From assembly GCA_045837725.1 (NCBI GenBank), contig JBEWZL010000124.1, forward strand, positions 496,001 to 560,000: 64,000 nucleotides of DNA, written 5' to 3'. The notes under the pieces were generated by a model, which saw nothing but the letters and a program-made list of their open reading frames with translations, was not told where the DNA came from and searched no databases. The stretch is from Vermamoeba vermiformis. Lineage: Eukaryota. Below are positions 51,461-64,000 of the stretch, piece by piece. Both the position numbers and the translations under genes were made by a program. The first letter of the stretch is position 1. Each line of letters begins with the position of its first letter.

Positions 51461-51892
51461 ATGGTAAGTATAAACTTACTAGCGAATTCTCTTAGCGATC
51501 GTAGCGAGACAAGCCTCGCTTTTAAATTAAATCCGGATTTACTCCACCATCTCTCCGTAACTTCAATTCCTAATTGATTTTATTAGGGTAACATTCCTGC
51601 CTTGAAAGCCGCTCTCGCTGATCCCTACAGCCACTCCAAGATTAAGGCTGCCTTCAACTCTTACGATCTTGATCGTAACGGTTACTTGACCCGTGCTGAA
51701 TTTGGTACTTTTGCTTGCAACTTGCTCACTATCCTCGAGACTAGCCCTCACGGTCCTGCGCTCAAGGCTGCTTTGGGCGTGAAGACCCCCACTGAATTCG
51801 CCAACCAAATGTTTGATGCCGCAGATTGGAACGGTGACAAGAAGATTTCCTTCTCCGAATTCGAGTCTCTTGTTAGCTCTCACCGCGTCTAA
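51461..51892 (+). CDS. Small two-EF-hand Ca2+-binding protein (ATG-only first exon; starts MGNIP)
   Basis: ATG|gtaag..tag|GGT; loops DLDRNGYLTRAE and DWNGDKKISFSE; internal repeat PALKAAL. Confidence 0.9.
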
Positions 51893-52396
51893 ATAAATTA
51901 GCCTAGTGCCTCGGCGCTGGATGCACTTTTAACGTAATTTACTTATTTTTTATTCTTGATTGCGTTTATTTATTCAAATGATTTGTCATGATAACTCGTG
52001 GATATTTATCATGACGAAGCTATTGGCCCAGATCAACACTCGGAAAATTGGGTGATTGGTTTTCATAGCGCGAAGTAAGCATTTGATTTTGTAATATTAC
52101 AATTCCTTTTCGATCATAATAAGCGTGCTTATTAGAACTATGCTAGGAACTGCTTTCTCTTAAATTCATTTGCGTTGCGAAGATTGATTAAATATTTGTT
52201 TTCTTCTCGATCCGATTGCCATTGCCTGTCATGTAATGAAAAAGGCCCGATTACAGAAGCAGTACGATTGCCAATCTTAAATTATTATGTACCCACTCAG
52301 GGATAACTTGATCTGACGATACGTACTTTGCTAACTTTTCTTTCCATGTTAGGAAATATTTTGCTACCATATCTCCTGTAAGCAGATAAAACATAT

Positions 52397-54696
52397 TTAA
52401 CCATTTGATTGTTTATTATGCTTAAGAATCTCTTCCACAAAGCGTATCCGTAGCTCAGATGCGTCGTTTTAGGAACTGCGAGACTAAAGCACTGAAAATA
52501 ATACCGGTGACTAATAAACGTGTTAATAACAATTGCAATATACTATTAAATTTTCATACTTTTAACGGCGAAGCTGAAATCTACTTTGATCATTAATAAC
52601 CGCAGAGGTTGATCAGTTTTTTCGAGGGTCTTGCTGAGCTTAGATAGCAAAGACTACGATAGTAATTAGTATATATATGAAGGATCAATATGATTAGTAA
52701 TATTACTTGGCAGTTGCGAGCAATTTCAGACTCCAAACCACGGATCGGCTCGTACAACGAAGCAGGTGAAAAGACCTGATCCGGTGAGAGTTCAACGGCC
52801 TTTTTAGCTTTCTTTGTTTGCGCCTGTTGCTTGGGAGAGCCGCCTACACTAGTTCTACGTCTTTGCTGTCGGTATTTTTGCGCTAGTTGTGCCGCTTCTT
52901 TCTCGAGTTGTTCGTGCTGCGCAATGATTTGTTTCGGATCCATTACAACGGCTTGTTCTTCGCTCTCTGAGGCACTATCTTCTGATACGTCTTCTTCGTC
53001 ATCGCTAAATAACTTCTTAGGAGCGATGATCATATCCTTAGCTGCCGTATTAAGTTTCATCAAGCTCGATTGCAATTTCCACTAAAAAATTAGGTTAGAT
53101 CCGTTCGTTTAAATTCTAAAGCTTCTTACTTTTTGTTTAACGATGGTCTTAATATGCTGCTTTTGGACCAAGTCTAAGAACGCGCCTAACCACATTGTAG
53201 CGATCATGTAAAGTCCGAATGTAATGAGCAGTACAGAGCAACGAGACTGGCAAGTTGAAAATAGCGCCGGACATGAGTGATGACACGAATAAGGTGATTA
53301 TAGCCATCGATAGGAACACTGCGACGATGGCAAGATAGACTTGGAAGAACGCGAATTGCTCGCCGTTATGGCACTACATTTTTAAATTAATTAGCTATTG
53401 TTTCTTATTGGCTATATTGACTTACTTTTAGACATTTTCTTATCTTATACCACGATATAATATTTTCAGGCGTATTCAATTTAAAATGATAAATATTTCT
53501 CTTGCCAGCCTGGTTCTTATGCGTAATTGAATTGAGCAAGTTCAGCAACTGCAGCCGTTGATTCAAATAGTAGAGCGAGTATGTATATTCAGAGACTATA
53601 GTCAACACGAATACTGAGGTTAATAGCGAGCCTAATAACGCCACAATATTCTTGTAAAAACTAGCTGCGATGGTCGAATGATCGTTAATAGCGGATCTGT
53701 CTCTGTAAAACGCAATACAGAATAGTATTGATGCTATGATAGGTAAGATCAGTAGCCGTCGTTTTTGTCGTTCAGATCTGCAATCGGAGTTAGTTCCAAA
53801 CCGGTTTCGTACGAAAATCGGATCCCTTACTTTTTCTCAATGCTATCAATGAGATTATTAACAACGTCCTTAGCAGTAACATCTTCAACATAGACGTCGT
53901 CTTTGAAACAGATCAATTTGTAGTCACTCAACTTTCTAAACAATTTTTTCTGAGTGGTCGCATCCGCTGTCCACGTAGCTTTCTACAATCGTATTGAAAA
54001 AGAGTCATATAACAAATATAAAACTTACTTGAGTGGCGTAGATGAATCCAGTCGTTAAATAAAGAATTGCAGGAGTCCAGAATGTAAACGAACTAAGCGA
54101 TGATGCGTTGTCGAAAAATGTCTCGAATACGCCTAATATGAGGTATAATGCCTATGAATAATATTAATACACAGTCATATGAATTATTTAAGGGTTTCTT
54201 ACAGTCAATAAGTAGCCACTAATAAATAAAAATTTGACGCTTTTGTTGAGCGTGTAGGATCTGAATGCGACCCAAGGAAAGACTAATGAAGCTAAATAAT
54301 GGTACCACACTGGCTTAAATATGCGAAATTGCGGTGTTATAATGAACTGTGCCCTATTAGAAAAGTCTTGTCAATTTCCCGCCCGAATATTTATTTTCGT
54401 ATTTAAAATTATTTAATACGTATGGTTGGCACATAATTAAAACAATATTATATTGGAAGTAATTATAATAAATTAATTTAGATTACCTCAGGTGTTTTGT
54501 CCGATCAATATAATCAAAATTTGATTTTAAGCCTTCATATAACTCAGCAAGCTGCTGGCCTGTATAATCTGCACCTTCGCGACGATATTCACTAGCAGTT
54601 AATATCTAGTAATTGATTATTAGAACCGGATGACGTTCGCAGCGCCAATATGCTGTTTCCTACCTTTTTATCGGCTTGTGTCTCGCGCAAAAATAT
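52397..54696 (-). CDS. Multi-pass membrane protein of unknown function, multi-exon; ends uncertain
   Basis: Chain of GT-AG exons with hydrophobic helices (LLILPIIASILFCIAF, IVALLGSLLTSVFVLTIV, YLAIVAVFLSMAIITLFV) and an acidic/coiled C-terminal part. Confidence 0.5.
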
Positions 54697-54991
54697 CTAA
54701 CACTACACCCATTATATTATATCATCTGTTGTCGTTATAATAATATAAAGAGGAACCACAGTGACGTTGATGGTGTTCACTGAAAATTCGTCGCTGTCAA
54801 TTTTGCGAGCACGTGATTACTGGGACTCTAACCTCATACGAACAAGAGAGAGAGAGAAATTTGACTAGTAATGCATATTCTCTGAATAATCTACGTAAAA
54901 ACGCAATCGCAGAGATTTCTAGACGTGCGTATGAGGCAGATAAAAGCAGATCAAGTTCGTCTGTCTTGTTATTATTATCAATACTCATCAA

Positions 54992-55557
54992 ATGTACACC
55001 ACTTCTTCGAACAACGCATGCAATTTTCCACCGGCGCCTTGCGGTTGTCCTGCTCATCCTCCAATGCATCCTCGCTCCATGCCCGGCATCTGTTCCGCCA
55101 CCTCCAATCCCAGGGTCACCGTTTAACTTCTCCTTCCAATTCGGACACCCTCCTAAGCCGACTTTTCCACCAATGCACCATGATCATTCTCAATCTGACT
55201 CCTCCTATGCCTCACTTTACACCTGGTCCTCAACATCCCATGCCTCCAATGCACTGCCCGCACATGCCTCCACCACCACACTGTCCACCCTCCATAATGA
55301 CAGTGCCTCCTTCTGGTCCCTGGCAGTACTATCAACACTTCAATCCGATGATGTTCGCCGCTCATCAGGCACACGTGTGTCCTTGTATTATCGCGCACAT
55401 TGCCTCAATGCCTCCTATGCCACCTGTACCTTCTCCTGGCACTCACGGCACCAGCACTAATGGCAATCACTGCTGTCAGCATTGTACTCACACGAACGAG
55501 CCTGAAGATCGTGAGGAAGAGAAGCCCGTACCTTCTCAGCCATTTGAATCTTGCTGA
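54992..55557 (+). CDS. Pro/His/Cys/Met-rich low-complexity protein, needing about two frameshift corrections
   Basis: Consecutive frames read MYTTSSNNACNFPPAPCGCPAHPPMH.., PPPPIPGSPFNF.. and PPMHCPHMPPPPHC..HCCQHCTH..FESC*. Confidence 0.45.
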
Positions 55558-55703
55558 GGGCTTTAAGCAGTCTAACGCCGATTAGTATTACCATTTAAAT
55601 AAAGAATTATTGTAAATATAAATTGTTTTTGTATTCCGACTATGTTACATCTGCTACGTTCAACAAATTTGTCTTCGTGGATGTAGAGTGTTCTTAATGG
55701 CCA

Positions 55704-57130
55704 TTATTTTTGTGGCTTAGTGCACACAAGAACGCCAACTGAAGGGAAAGCACTCGTCAGAACAAATACGTCTTTCTTTACCAGTCCGCCTTTGGCAGCC
55801 CATCCGGCAATTGTTTCTTCGGACCAAGCCCATCCTTCCGAGCTTCTGTATTTTGTATATATAGATTAGAAGCATTCTTATATAAGAATATTATATTAAT
55901 TTACCTAGCAGTCAAGTGCAAGTTGTAAATAGCGCGTTGTTTTTCGGATGCGCTCGTAACATTTCCATCGCCAAAAGCATCGATAACAACCAATTCTCCG
56001 CCCTCTTTAACGAGTTCTGAAGCTTTGAGGACAATTTTCTCTGCGATTTGAGCACTATCAAAATGATGTTTAGCTAAATGAACGGGGTATATATAAATTT
56101 TGAGATCTTACTTTTCAATTCGTAAATAGTTAGCAATGACTACGCGATCGTAAGTATGCTTAGGGATGTTATTGATTTCGAGGAAAGCTGCCTTCAAAGG
56201 TCTCGATCTGCTTCACGCCCATCTTCTCAGCAAATTTTCTGAAATTTACTAGCACCTGTGGGAAATCAACCGCCGAGACTCTAAAGATCTATTAATACTT
56301 TATAGTATACTAATAATATAATGGTAATTAACGTACTTTACGTCATCGCGGCCGTTTGCCATTGACAAGGACCAAATGCCGGATCCAGCACCAATATCGA
56401 TGATGTTCTTAGCTTGGGATAATTTGCTTGACGTCTCTTTGGCAGATCGTTCGAACATTAAGCCGAGGTAATGAGCGGCTGTTTTGTACGCTTCTTCGCG
56501 TACTGCAGATTCGCCTTCAAAAAATAAATTAAATTTTTGTTCTAATATTCGCCCTATACGTGATCAAATTATGATATTTTCGTATATTTACCTGAGAAAT
56601 TTGTTTCATAGCCAGTTCCAGTACGCAAGAACTTTTCAGTGGATCCGAAAACATCCACCAGCTGAAGGAAACTTCCAGGAGTTTTGGCACCACCTTCCTT
56701 CATGAAGGGGGCAGCAGTATAAGTACCTTTTTCCTTATCAAATAATATTAATTCAAAGGAAAGAAAGGCGTCGAGAATGCCGCGAAGGGATCGCTCATTA
56801 ACTCCACATTTTTCGACGATCTGCGCAATAGTCTTGGGTGACTCTTCACAAAGTTGGTCAAATACACCTAGAATACAATATAAATATTTGATCTTAATAT
56901 TTTAGCGACTGATTAATTATGAAAATTTTTTCAATTTTTGTAAGCTAATTTAGTTGCTTGAAATAGCATGCAGGCATTTTACCACAATAAACATAATATA
57001 CTATTATACTATTATTACTAAGTATGGAATTTATTAGTTTTAACAACGTACCAGTTCGTACAGCGGCGGTAAAGGCATTGCTGAGGCCTAAAGTCTGCCA
57101 CAACATGATGAATTTATTGTCGGTAGACAT
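55704..57130 (-). CDS. SAM-dependent O-methyltransferase with winged-helix dimerisation domain, multi-exon
   Basis: AAVRTGVFDQL..TIAQIVEKCGVNERSLRGILDA; IIDIGAGSGIWS; AVDFPQV; YDRVVIAN; VKEGGELVVID. Confidence 0.87.
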
Positions 57131-57533
57131 TATGAGTATGATTAGTGTTCGCAGGTGTGGTTGATTGCTGGTTGGCTTTGATTTCAATTGATTTTGTGCG
57201 CATCTATTTTTATGCCTTCCAAACCTTGGGGAAATTCGATCATATTCATCCCCAAAATTGAAAGATACTGTTCAACGAATTCTGTGAATATCTTTCGATG
57301 ATCTTCGCGTACTTACAGGCCTCTGAGTGTTCGAGATCCGCTCCGCACCGGATTGGGGAAATCTGTTGGAACAACGTTGACCAAAAATTTTGTACGCCGG
57401 TCGGAAAAGGTAGAAACAATTCTTCGCTGCGCATTTTTGTACCTTTAATGAAAGAATATTAATACCACAGCGCATACTACATTTTAAAAAGACCTTTGTC
57501 TTACCGCTTGATTCATTTTCGCTTATTTTGTTT

Positions 57534-57985
57534 ATGAATCAAGCACCAGAGGAGTACAGTTATAGTTTCGATGATTTCCCCGATGAAATAAAAATTGGCA
57601 TTCTTAAAGACCTCGATTTTGCCCTTAATCCAGGTAAGCCGATTTTATTTTGGTTAAAAAAAATCAAAATAATTATTTTAAATAGTTGTAAATAATGACA
57701 AAATAATAATATAAAATAATAGGCTCGTTTATTGCCCTTCAGCTCACTTCTAAAAGCATTGCGCATCTGTCCAAAACAGAGCGCGAGTTGCATGTGGCTT
57801 GGTTCGCGCAGTTCTCCGACAACGAGGCAAATGTTGATGATTACTACATACCTGGCCTATTTAAAAACTACTATAAATTGGCCAAAGACACATCTAGCAA
57901 AGGGCGCGACAAGTTGATGCATTGGCTCGATAAGCAGTACTTTCAACGCATGATGAAAACACTAGGCTTTGAAGACAAATACTAG
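57534..57985 (+). CDS. Small F-box-like protein, one intron
   Basis: SFDDFPDEIKIGILKDL../GSFIALQLTSKSI splices into ORF 57788-57985. Confidence 0.55.
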
Positions 57986-58120
57986 CGAGTTCTTATCAAA
58001 GCTATAGCGCGTGGTCGTGCATGGCGTTAGTGTAAGCAGATCCGTTGAATAAATTTTATTTGATTGCAAGCATTGATGGCTCGAGCCAAATAATTCAATA
58101 TAAGAATTATATGACCTAGT

Positions 58121-58945
58121 TTAGAACATAGTCATGACGACGCTAACTGCAATGCCAAGAGCGCCAACGATTGAAACAGCGTTGCTGCTCTTGGATGGAG
58201 CTTTGGTCGGGGTGGCAGTCGGACCGGCTTGAGGAACAGAGGTCATGGGAGCAGATTGAGGAGCTGCAACTGGAGCGCCAGCCATTGGAGCACCAGCAGG
58301 GCAGTTGATATCTTGGCGTAACCAAGTTCGGCATTGCCTCCACAGCCACCAGTAAGCTCAGTAGTGTTAGTAACATAGGTAGCGCAGTCGTCAAGTTTGG
58401 TGTTCTCCCAATGCACAACGGTTTGGCCAAGAGGGGTCTGATTATCAGTGCAGAAAGAGAGCAAAGTCATAGCGGGAGAGGGCGAGAGATTGACGCAGAC
58501 GTAAGGAAGAACTGCATTAAGAAAGATCAATTAACTACTGCTGTATATATATCTACTACTAATGGAAGCTAATCGCTGGAAAAGCTTGTAAAGATTTAAT
58601 GGTTACCGTGTAACGGATTTCTTTTCTTTGACTTACCTCCAACTTTGCGGGTGATATTGGTTCCAGTGCAGGCATTGTTATCGTAGGTGTTGAAAACAAC
58701 GAAAGTAGAAGGAATAGTTGCTGCAGTAGCGCCACAAGAAACAGTACGGAATTGGCTGGTTCCGATGGCTTCGCAAGTAACAGCAGTGCAGGTGTCCTAA
58801 GCAACTCATCAGCATCATATTTTCAATCATTACGACTACTTACGTTGAGCTCGCTGACAACACCAACGAGATCTGCATCATTGCAACCAGAAGCAGAGAA
58901 GATAGGGGGGGGGGGTTTGTCAAATGAGATGACACCACAAAGATA
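58121..58945 (-). CDS. Cys-rich surface protein with Pro/Ala/Thr stalk and GPI-like tail; frameshifted, 5' end uncertain
   Basis: DTCTAVTCEAIGTSQFRTVSCG..NACTG..FCTDN..DDCAT..GGCGG..CPAGAP..SNAVSIVGALGIAVSVVMTMF*. Confidence 0.55.
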
Positions 58946-59052
58946 TGATTTCGGCACCGCTTTGGAAACCTCCTGTCGTAAATCAAAAATCTTTTATACA
59001 GCAATTTTTTACAATTGATTATGTACACGCTTATGCCAATATCGAAGCTTAA

Positions 59053-62000
59053 TTAAGCTGAGTCATGCAACACACGGATCTTCTCCGACGCGGTGTCATC
59101 CAAGATGAAGACTTCACCAGTAGTTCCGTTCACTCTAACTCTCATGCCGTCTCTCAATATCTCCATGACGCCCTTGCATGCAACGACAGCAGGAATGTTC
59201 AGCTCGCGTGCTGTGATCGCTGCGTGTGTCAAGGCACCACCTTCTTGGGCAATAACTCCGCTGCTTTGTGAGAGCATCATGCAAAAAGCAGATGAAGTGG
59301 AATAGGTGACCAAGATATCTATAGGAATAGAATTTTAATCGATGTTATTTTTTTGACGTCGGATCCGTTTTAAACTCACCTCCTGGCTTGAACTTGTGTC
59401 GGTCAGTTTCGATGCTACGGATGACAGTAACTTTTCCTTCAACAATGCCCTTCGAGCCAGGAGCACCCACTAGCTTCTTATCGTTGATAATGCTCTCGAT
59501 GTTCTGGCTCTGCTCGTTGAACATCAGCTCCGCGATGATTGAAACAGCTTTGACGATTCGATGGGTGTGCTTAGGGAACCTAATAGACGTCAGAACACGT
59601 ATAAATTAGTGGGATAATATAACTTACCAATCAAGAGGAGGAATTTTAGGGCCAGATGGGGCAGGACCGAGATGTTGAGGCACATCCTGAAGATTGACCG
59701 TCTTGCGGTACAAAAGTCGTTCAGCAAAGAGCTTAGACAAGGCTTCGGTCTCTTCATTAGGGGCGTAAGTCTTATAAAGAAGTTCTAGCTCGGGCAAGTC
59801 AGCTTCAGTCGCCAATTCCTTATTTGGTAAAATGTTTCGATTGACCAAACGTTGACCGACCTCCAACATTGCATGGCGCAAGAGACCGATGCCCATCATA
59901 TCACCGTACATGGATCTTTCATCGCGCAGAGGATGCATGTATTGGGCTTCAGCGAGCAATTCATCGAAAAGAGCTCGATCTGAAATTGAATTTGTAAGCA
60001 TAAAATTCTTTTATAATTAAGTGGTTGCCACTTACCCTTTTCAGGAACGCGATTGCGGACTTCGTTGATTTCGCTTTGCGAAGGAGCAGTGGCAGGCAAC
60101 AGACCGGCGCCGTACAAATAAGTCTTTTTCAGGCCGTGTAACAAGAGCGCGGGCTGCTCGATCAAAGTTTGTTGTACGACATCATAGCCATTGGTCAATC
60201 TGTAGCCAGCTTGAATTTCATCTGAAGCATTACCATATTTAGCTACTGTCAAGGTACGCCAAAAAAAGTTTTAAATCCGCTTACATTTTTTGACGACTGG
60301 ACCGACTCCTGCACGAGATTTCAAGCTTTCGATGACTGCCGCGGGATTTTCGGACTGTTCGAGCAACAACAAGGCCTCGGGATCTTTCTGGAACGCCTCG
60401 AATATTTCTTCAGCAATGAATTCTTCGACACTGCAAAACAAGGTTAGATCTGCTATTCATGAACGCGGTTTCTATCAACGAACATACCCTGAGCCAATAG
60501 GCGCCGTGCCATGAATGATTGAAATGCCTGATTTGATATCCAAGCCCCAGTCGTACTTAATATGAGCCAAAAAGTCTTGGAGCGGCAACATGGCAGTGAA
60601 CGTGTAAATGTGATGCTTTTGAACCATGTAGCCAGCCTGCAATACTACCATTAGTAATCACATACAATATGTATTATAAAAGTGATCTTACGTTTTCATA
60701 GCAGTCCATGAGGTGAGCCCAAACTTCGTCATCCGAAAGTTTTGCACGCTCGACAGCAGCTGGATCCAAAAATCAGTATTGAGTTGAATAACAAGTATCT
60801 ATTAATCAATGCATACCGAGCTTGATGTTTCTGTTGTAACAGTTGCGCTTGTCTTCTTTGAGCCAGTAGTCCATGTCTTGGCGGCAGATCTTGTCTTTGA
60901 ACACATTTTCAGCGTTCTTGAATCGCTCTCTGATGGCAGGATGGAATCGTTGAATTAACTTGAAAAGGAGCTTGGGAGGAGGACCTTAATGGATGTTAAT
61001 ACGAGTTACTTATTGTTTATAGTTCGTAGAAATTACCTCGTGCATCAGCAGGAGCGCCGACGAATCGCATGCACATGTAAGTGAAGCCATTGACTTCTTT
61101 GTGCTCAACGTAATCTAGCATTGAACACGTGACTCGAGAGCTGCGTTGCATAGCGACCTTTTGATTGTTGGGATACACGTTGAAAAACATCTTCGACATG
61201 GCTTGAGGCATGTGCACGCCTTCCAAGGCCCATGCACCAGGACCAGGTGCCTTCCATTCTTTCAAGAACGAGAACTTTTGTTGCCAATTGTTCGTGGTGA
61301 TTGGTCGTGCTTGCAGTAAGAACAACTTGCCTTGTTTGTCGAATGCAAATTCAATATCTGGAGTAATAACCTTGATTAGTATACTTATACTTGTTGGTTC
61401 ATTTGGCGTACCTTGAGGGCACTCAAATGTGTTTTCGACTTTCAGCGCGAGTTGAGCGACGAGTTTGACGCGTTCATCGTTTAGTGAAACAGCGCTCTCG
61501 AGGTCTTTTGGCAAATGCTTAACATTCAATCCGCCGTTCTCAGTCTTATCAGCTGATCGAAATATCGTTAGAAAGGTGCCAGCCACGTTCAGATATTGTT
61601 TTCACTTACCACATGCAACAGATTGCTTGGCCAAGTTGATTTTTGTGCGACGGATCTCGAGTTTATCGTTCTTCGCGATGATAAATTGATCAGGCGAGAC
61701 TTCACCAGCTACGACCATCTCGCCTTGACCGAAGTAGCTTTCAATCATCATTTCGTCTGTAGGACCCATTGGATTGACCGTGAAAGCCACGCCGCTGACG
61801 TGCGAGTCAACCATTTCTTGAATGACAACTGCCATTTTAGGGAATGCAGCAGGAGAGCCATCAGCTTGTTTCTCCATTGATTTTTGATAAGTGATCACGT
61901 GAGGGGTCCACAACGAGGCCCAGACTTTCTTGATGGCTTCGGAGACTTCCGCTGATGACTTGATGTTCAAGTATGTGTCGAATTGACCAGCAAAGGCCTT

Positions 62001-62665
62001 GCCGTTTGAATCTTCTTGATTGCTGCTAGAGCGGACGGCTACACCAAGAGTGCCTTGTCGTTGTGCAAGAAACTCGTCAATGGCGCTAAGCAATGCCTCA
62101 GAAACTGGATGCGCAAGAATCCGAGCTTTGATATCTTCGCATTGCTGCGAGAAGTCTATTTGAGTGAAAAAGTTAGAAAGCTATTTATAATTGGTATAAA
62201 TTTCTTCTTTACATCAGAAAAATTTTTACGGTTCTGAGTTTGAAAAAAGCTAAATTTGTAAAGAAATTTGAAAGTACCTGTAGATCCGTTCTCGGCAGCG
62301 GCATTGTTCAACTCTTCGATCAACTCGTCTGCGCCACTGTTGCGGATATGCTCTTCGTATACCCGGGTTGTAACAACGAAGCCAGTCGGAACATCGAATC
62401 CGAGAGCTATCAGATTCGACAAGTTCAAGCCTTTGTTGCCCAACAGGCTCGCATCGACTTCAGCAGCCTCTTTGAGTGTAGGAAAGTTAGTAGCAACTGC
62501 ATCGATGCGTCGCTGAGGAAGTTTTGGGGTTCGAGCATTGTTGGTACTTCCTCGTCCAAACTTTGATAAGAAGAAGGCACTAACGCCGAGTCCAGCGACA
62601 GTAAGTACCTTCTTAATATCAGAGAGTGCGGGAGTGAGTTGAGGTAAGGTTGTATTAGCTTGCAT
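59053..62665 (-). CDS. Rifampin-phosphotransferase/PigC-architecture enzyme (PPDK-type ATP-grasp, helical substrate domain, C-terminal phospho-His swivel), multi-exon
   Basis: LGNKGLNL..VPTGFVVTT, VAVRSSSNQED..FAGQFDTYLN, MAVVIQEMV, SGVAFT, PQDIEFA..LFLLQARPIT; C-terminal GGALTHAAITARELNIPAVV..VRVNGTTGEV; no PEP-binding barrel. Confidence 0.9.
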
Positions 62666-63131
62666 TGGTGACGGTAAGTTGCGATCGGAATGATTGAAAA
62701 AAGATGTCGCAGTGAACGTGTATTTAAGGTCGCTTCGGGCATGTGATACGTTCACTGATTTCCTAGATTGACCGGGGTTTGACTTGATTTCAAAAAAATT
62801 GGGTAGATCCCCAAAAAATCCCCAAAAATCTTGGTTTGACCCCAAGCGAATTCTATGAAGCCCCAAAATGAAAAAGATAATTTTAGATATTATAAATTAT
62901 ATTATTAAGTTCCTAAGCTCGCTAATTTCTGTTTACCAGTTTTTGCCGTAGCGTGCTGCAATCTGCTCAGGTTCTTTTGTAGCTTCTCAATCAAAGAGTG
63001 AGAACGCAGACCCGCTCAATGTCTATAGATAACATCTTTTGACTATTCTGAATTAAACATTGGAGTTGTGTTCAACGTTGGGCATTGTAAATTGTGAATA
63101 ACAATTTGGTATCGTGAACAACAGCTTAATT

Positions 63132-64000
63132 ATGAGCGAGGAATTCACCCAGACATTAACATCATTTGTACTTGAATTAGTTCAAATCAAGTCCGTCAAT
63201 GGTCAAGACTTGGATGGCGAAACAGCTGTCGCAACTCGAATTCATAAAGAAGCAACGAAGTTGGGTTTAGAATCGCAGGTAATTATGAGAATAATTTATT
63301 TAAATAATATCGTCGTAACATAGTTGACTTCTAGAACTTTGAAATAAAAAAATAATATTGACTTATTAAATAAAAGCTCTTAGGCGTAGATCCTCACCGT
63401 CAAAACGTTGTAGTAACGGCTAATATAGACATTATTGTTAATGAATCGAGCTCTCTAGCCTCTCAAAATGAACCCATTGGTCTCATGTTGTTCGTTGGAC
63501 ACATGGATACCGTTGCCATTGGCGATGTAATTAAATTGGTATACCTCCTTATTTACGTTAATTAATATTATATTTTAGAAGTGGACCACGTCTCCTTATG
63601 GAGAAATTCGTGACGGTAAAATTTATGGGCGAGGAACGAGTGATAATAAGGTACAAAGTAACGGTCATGCAGATCTACTTTGCAATTTCTTACAAAGTCT
63701 TAGGCAGGCATCGTATGCGCATTATACGCACTATCTGAGCTACAAAACAGCGATGCACTCGATTTGAGGACGAACACAGGTGCACCAGCCGTTCAAAAAC
63801 GAGCAAAAGCCGTTCTTGCAGGCGTAGTCGATGAAGAAAGTGGAGCTCAGAGTATATTAGGATTGCATTACTTATTATCACATCACTTCGATCTCGTCAA
63901 GGGCTATGTAAGAACTTAATATGATACCCAAGCATCATCTACTAATTGAACACTAGGGTGCGATTTACACTTACCTGAATCAAACGGTGACGATCGGTCA
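63132..64000 (+). CDS. M20-family metallohydrolase (ArgE/DapE-like), truncated by window end
   Basis: LVQIKSVNG..ETAVA, FVGHMDTV, DGKIYGRGTSDNK/AG and VVDEESG. Confidence 0.88.

Noticed and set aside
5630-58330. Programmed frameshifting or mass pseudogenisation (shifts near 5640, 9260, 20124, 25420, 28860, 29080, 37790, 44543, 58310)
   Set aside because: Single-base indels, often in short homopolymers, spread across unrelated and otherwise intact genes; sequencing error is the simpler explanation, pending read checks.
59053-62665. Annotation as PEP synthase or pyruvate phosphate dikinase
   Set aside because: The His-swivel domain is C-terminal and the PEP/pyruvate-binding barrel is missing.
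62770-62870. Repeated CCCCAA motifs as telomeric repeats
   Set aside because: Only about four irregularly spaced copies in a promoter region.
1-64000. CRISPR arrays, tRNA or rRNA genes, transposase or reverse transcriptase ORFs
   Set aside because: None recognised by eye; tRNAscan and Rfam searches were not run.

Overview
Gene-dense, intron-rich eukaryotic DNA with short AT-rich GT-AG introns and a few GC-AG introns. Gene content suggests a free-living protist, probably an amoebozoan (inference). Scattered 1-nt frameshifts and one garbled purine tract point to an error-prone long-read assembly. About 24 spliced genes can be reconstructed by hand; the ORF track fragments most of them. Recognisable genes: NagB/PIG-L fusion, NIDO surface protein, BTB-BACK-discoidin protein, CaaX-tailed CDC123-like ATP-grasp, two bacterial-type GPI-anchored beta-helix proteins, TPR proteins, Ste20 kinase, RDD protein, EF-hand protein, O-methyltransferase, rifampin-phosphotransferase/PigC-architecture enzyme and an M20 hydrolase. 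Most unusual: (1) an F-box fused to a GTPase-dead eEF1A-like protein; (2) a membrane-anchored coiled-coil protein ending in a degenerate actin domain; (3) a Ki-67-type FHA + ~1200-aa acidic region + SAP-like protein; (4) a deiodinase-like selenoprotein with in-frame TGA and a clear type II SECIS; (5) a diverged ~3-kb duplication carrying a FAAP24-like gene, two micropeptide ORFs and an internal inversion. All homology calls come from motif recognition by eye; no searches were run.
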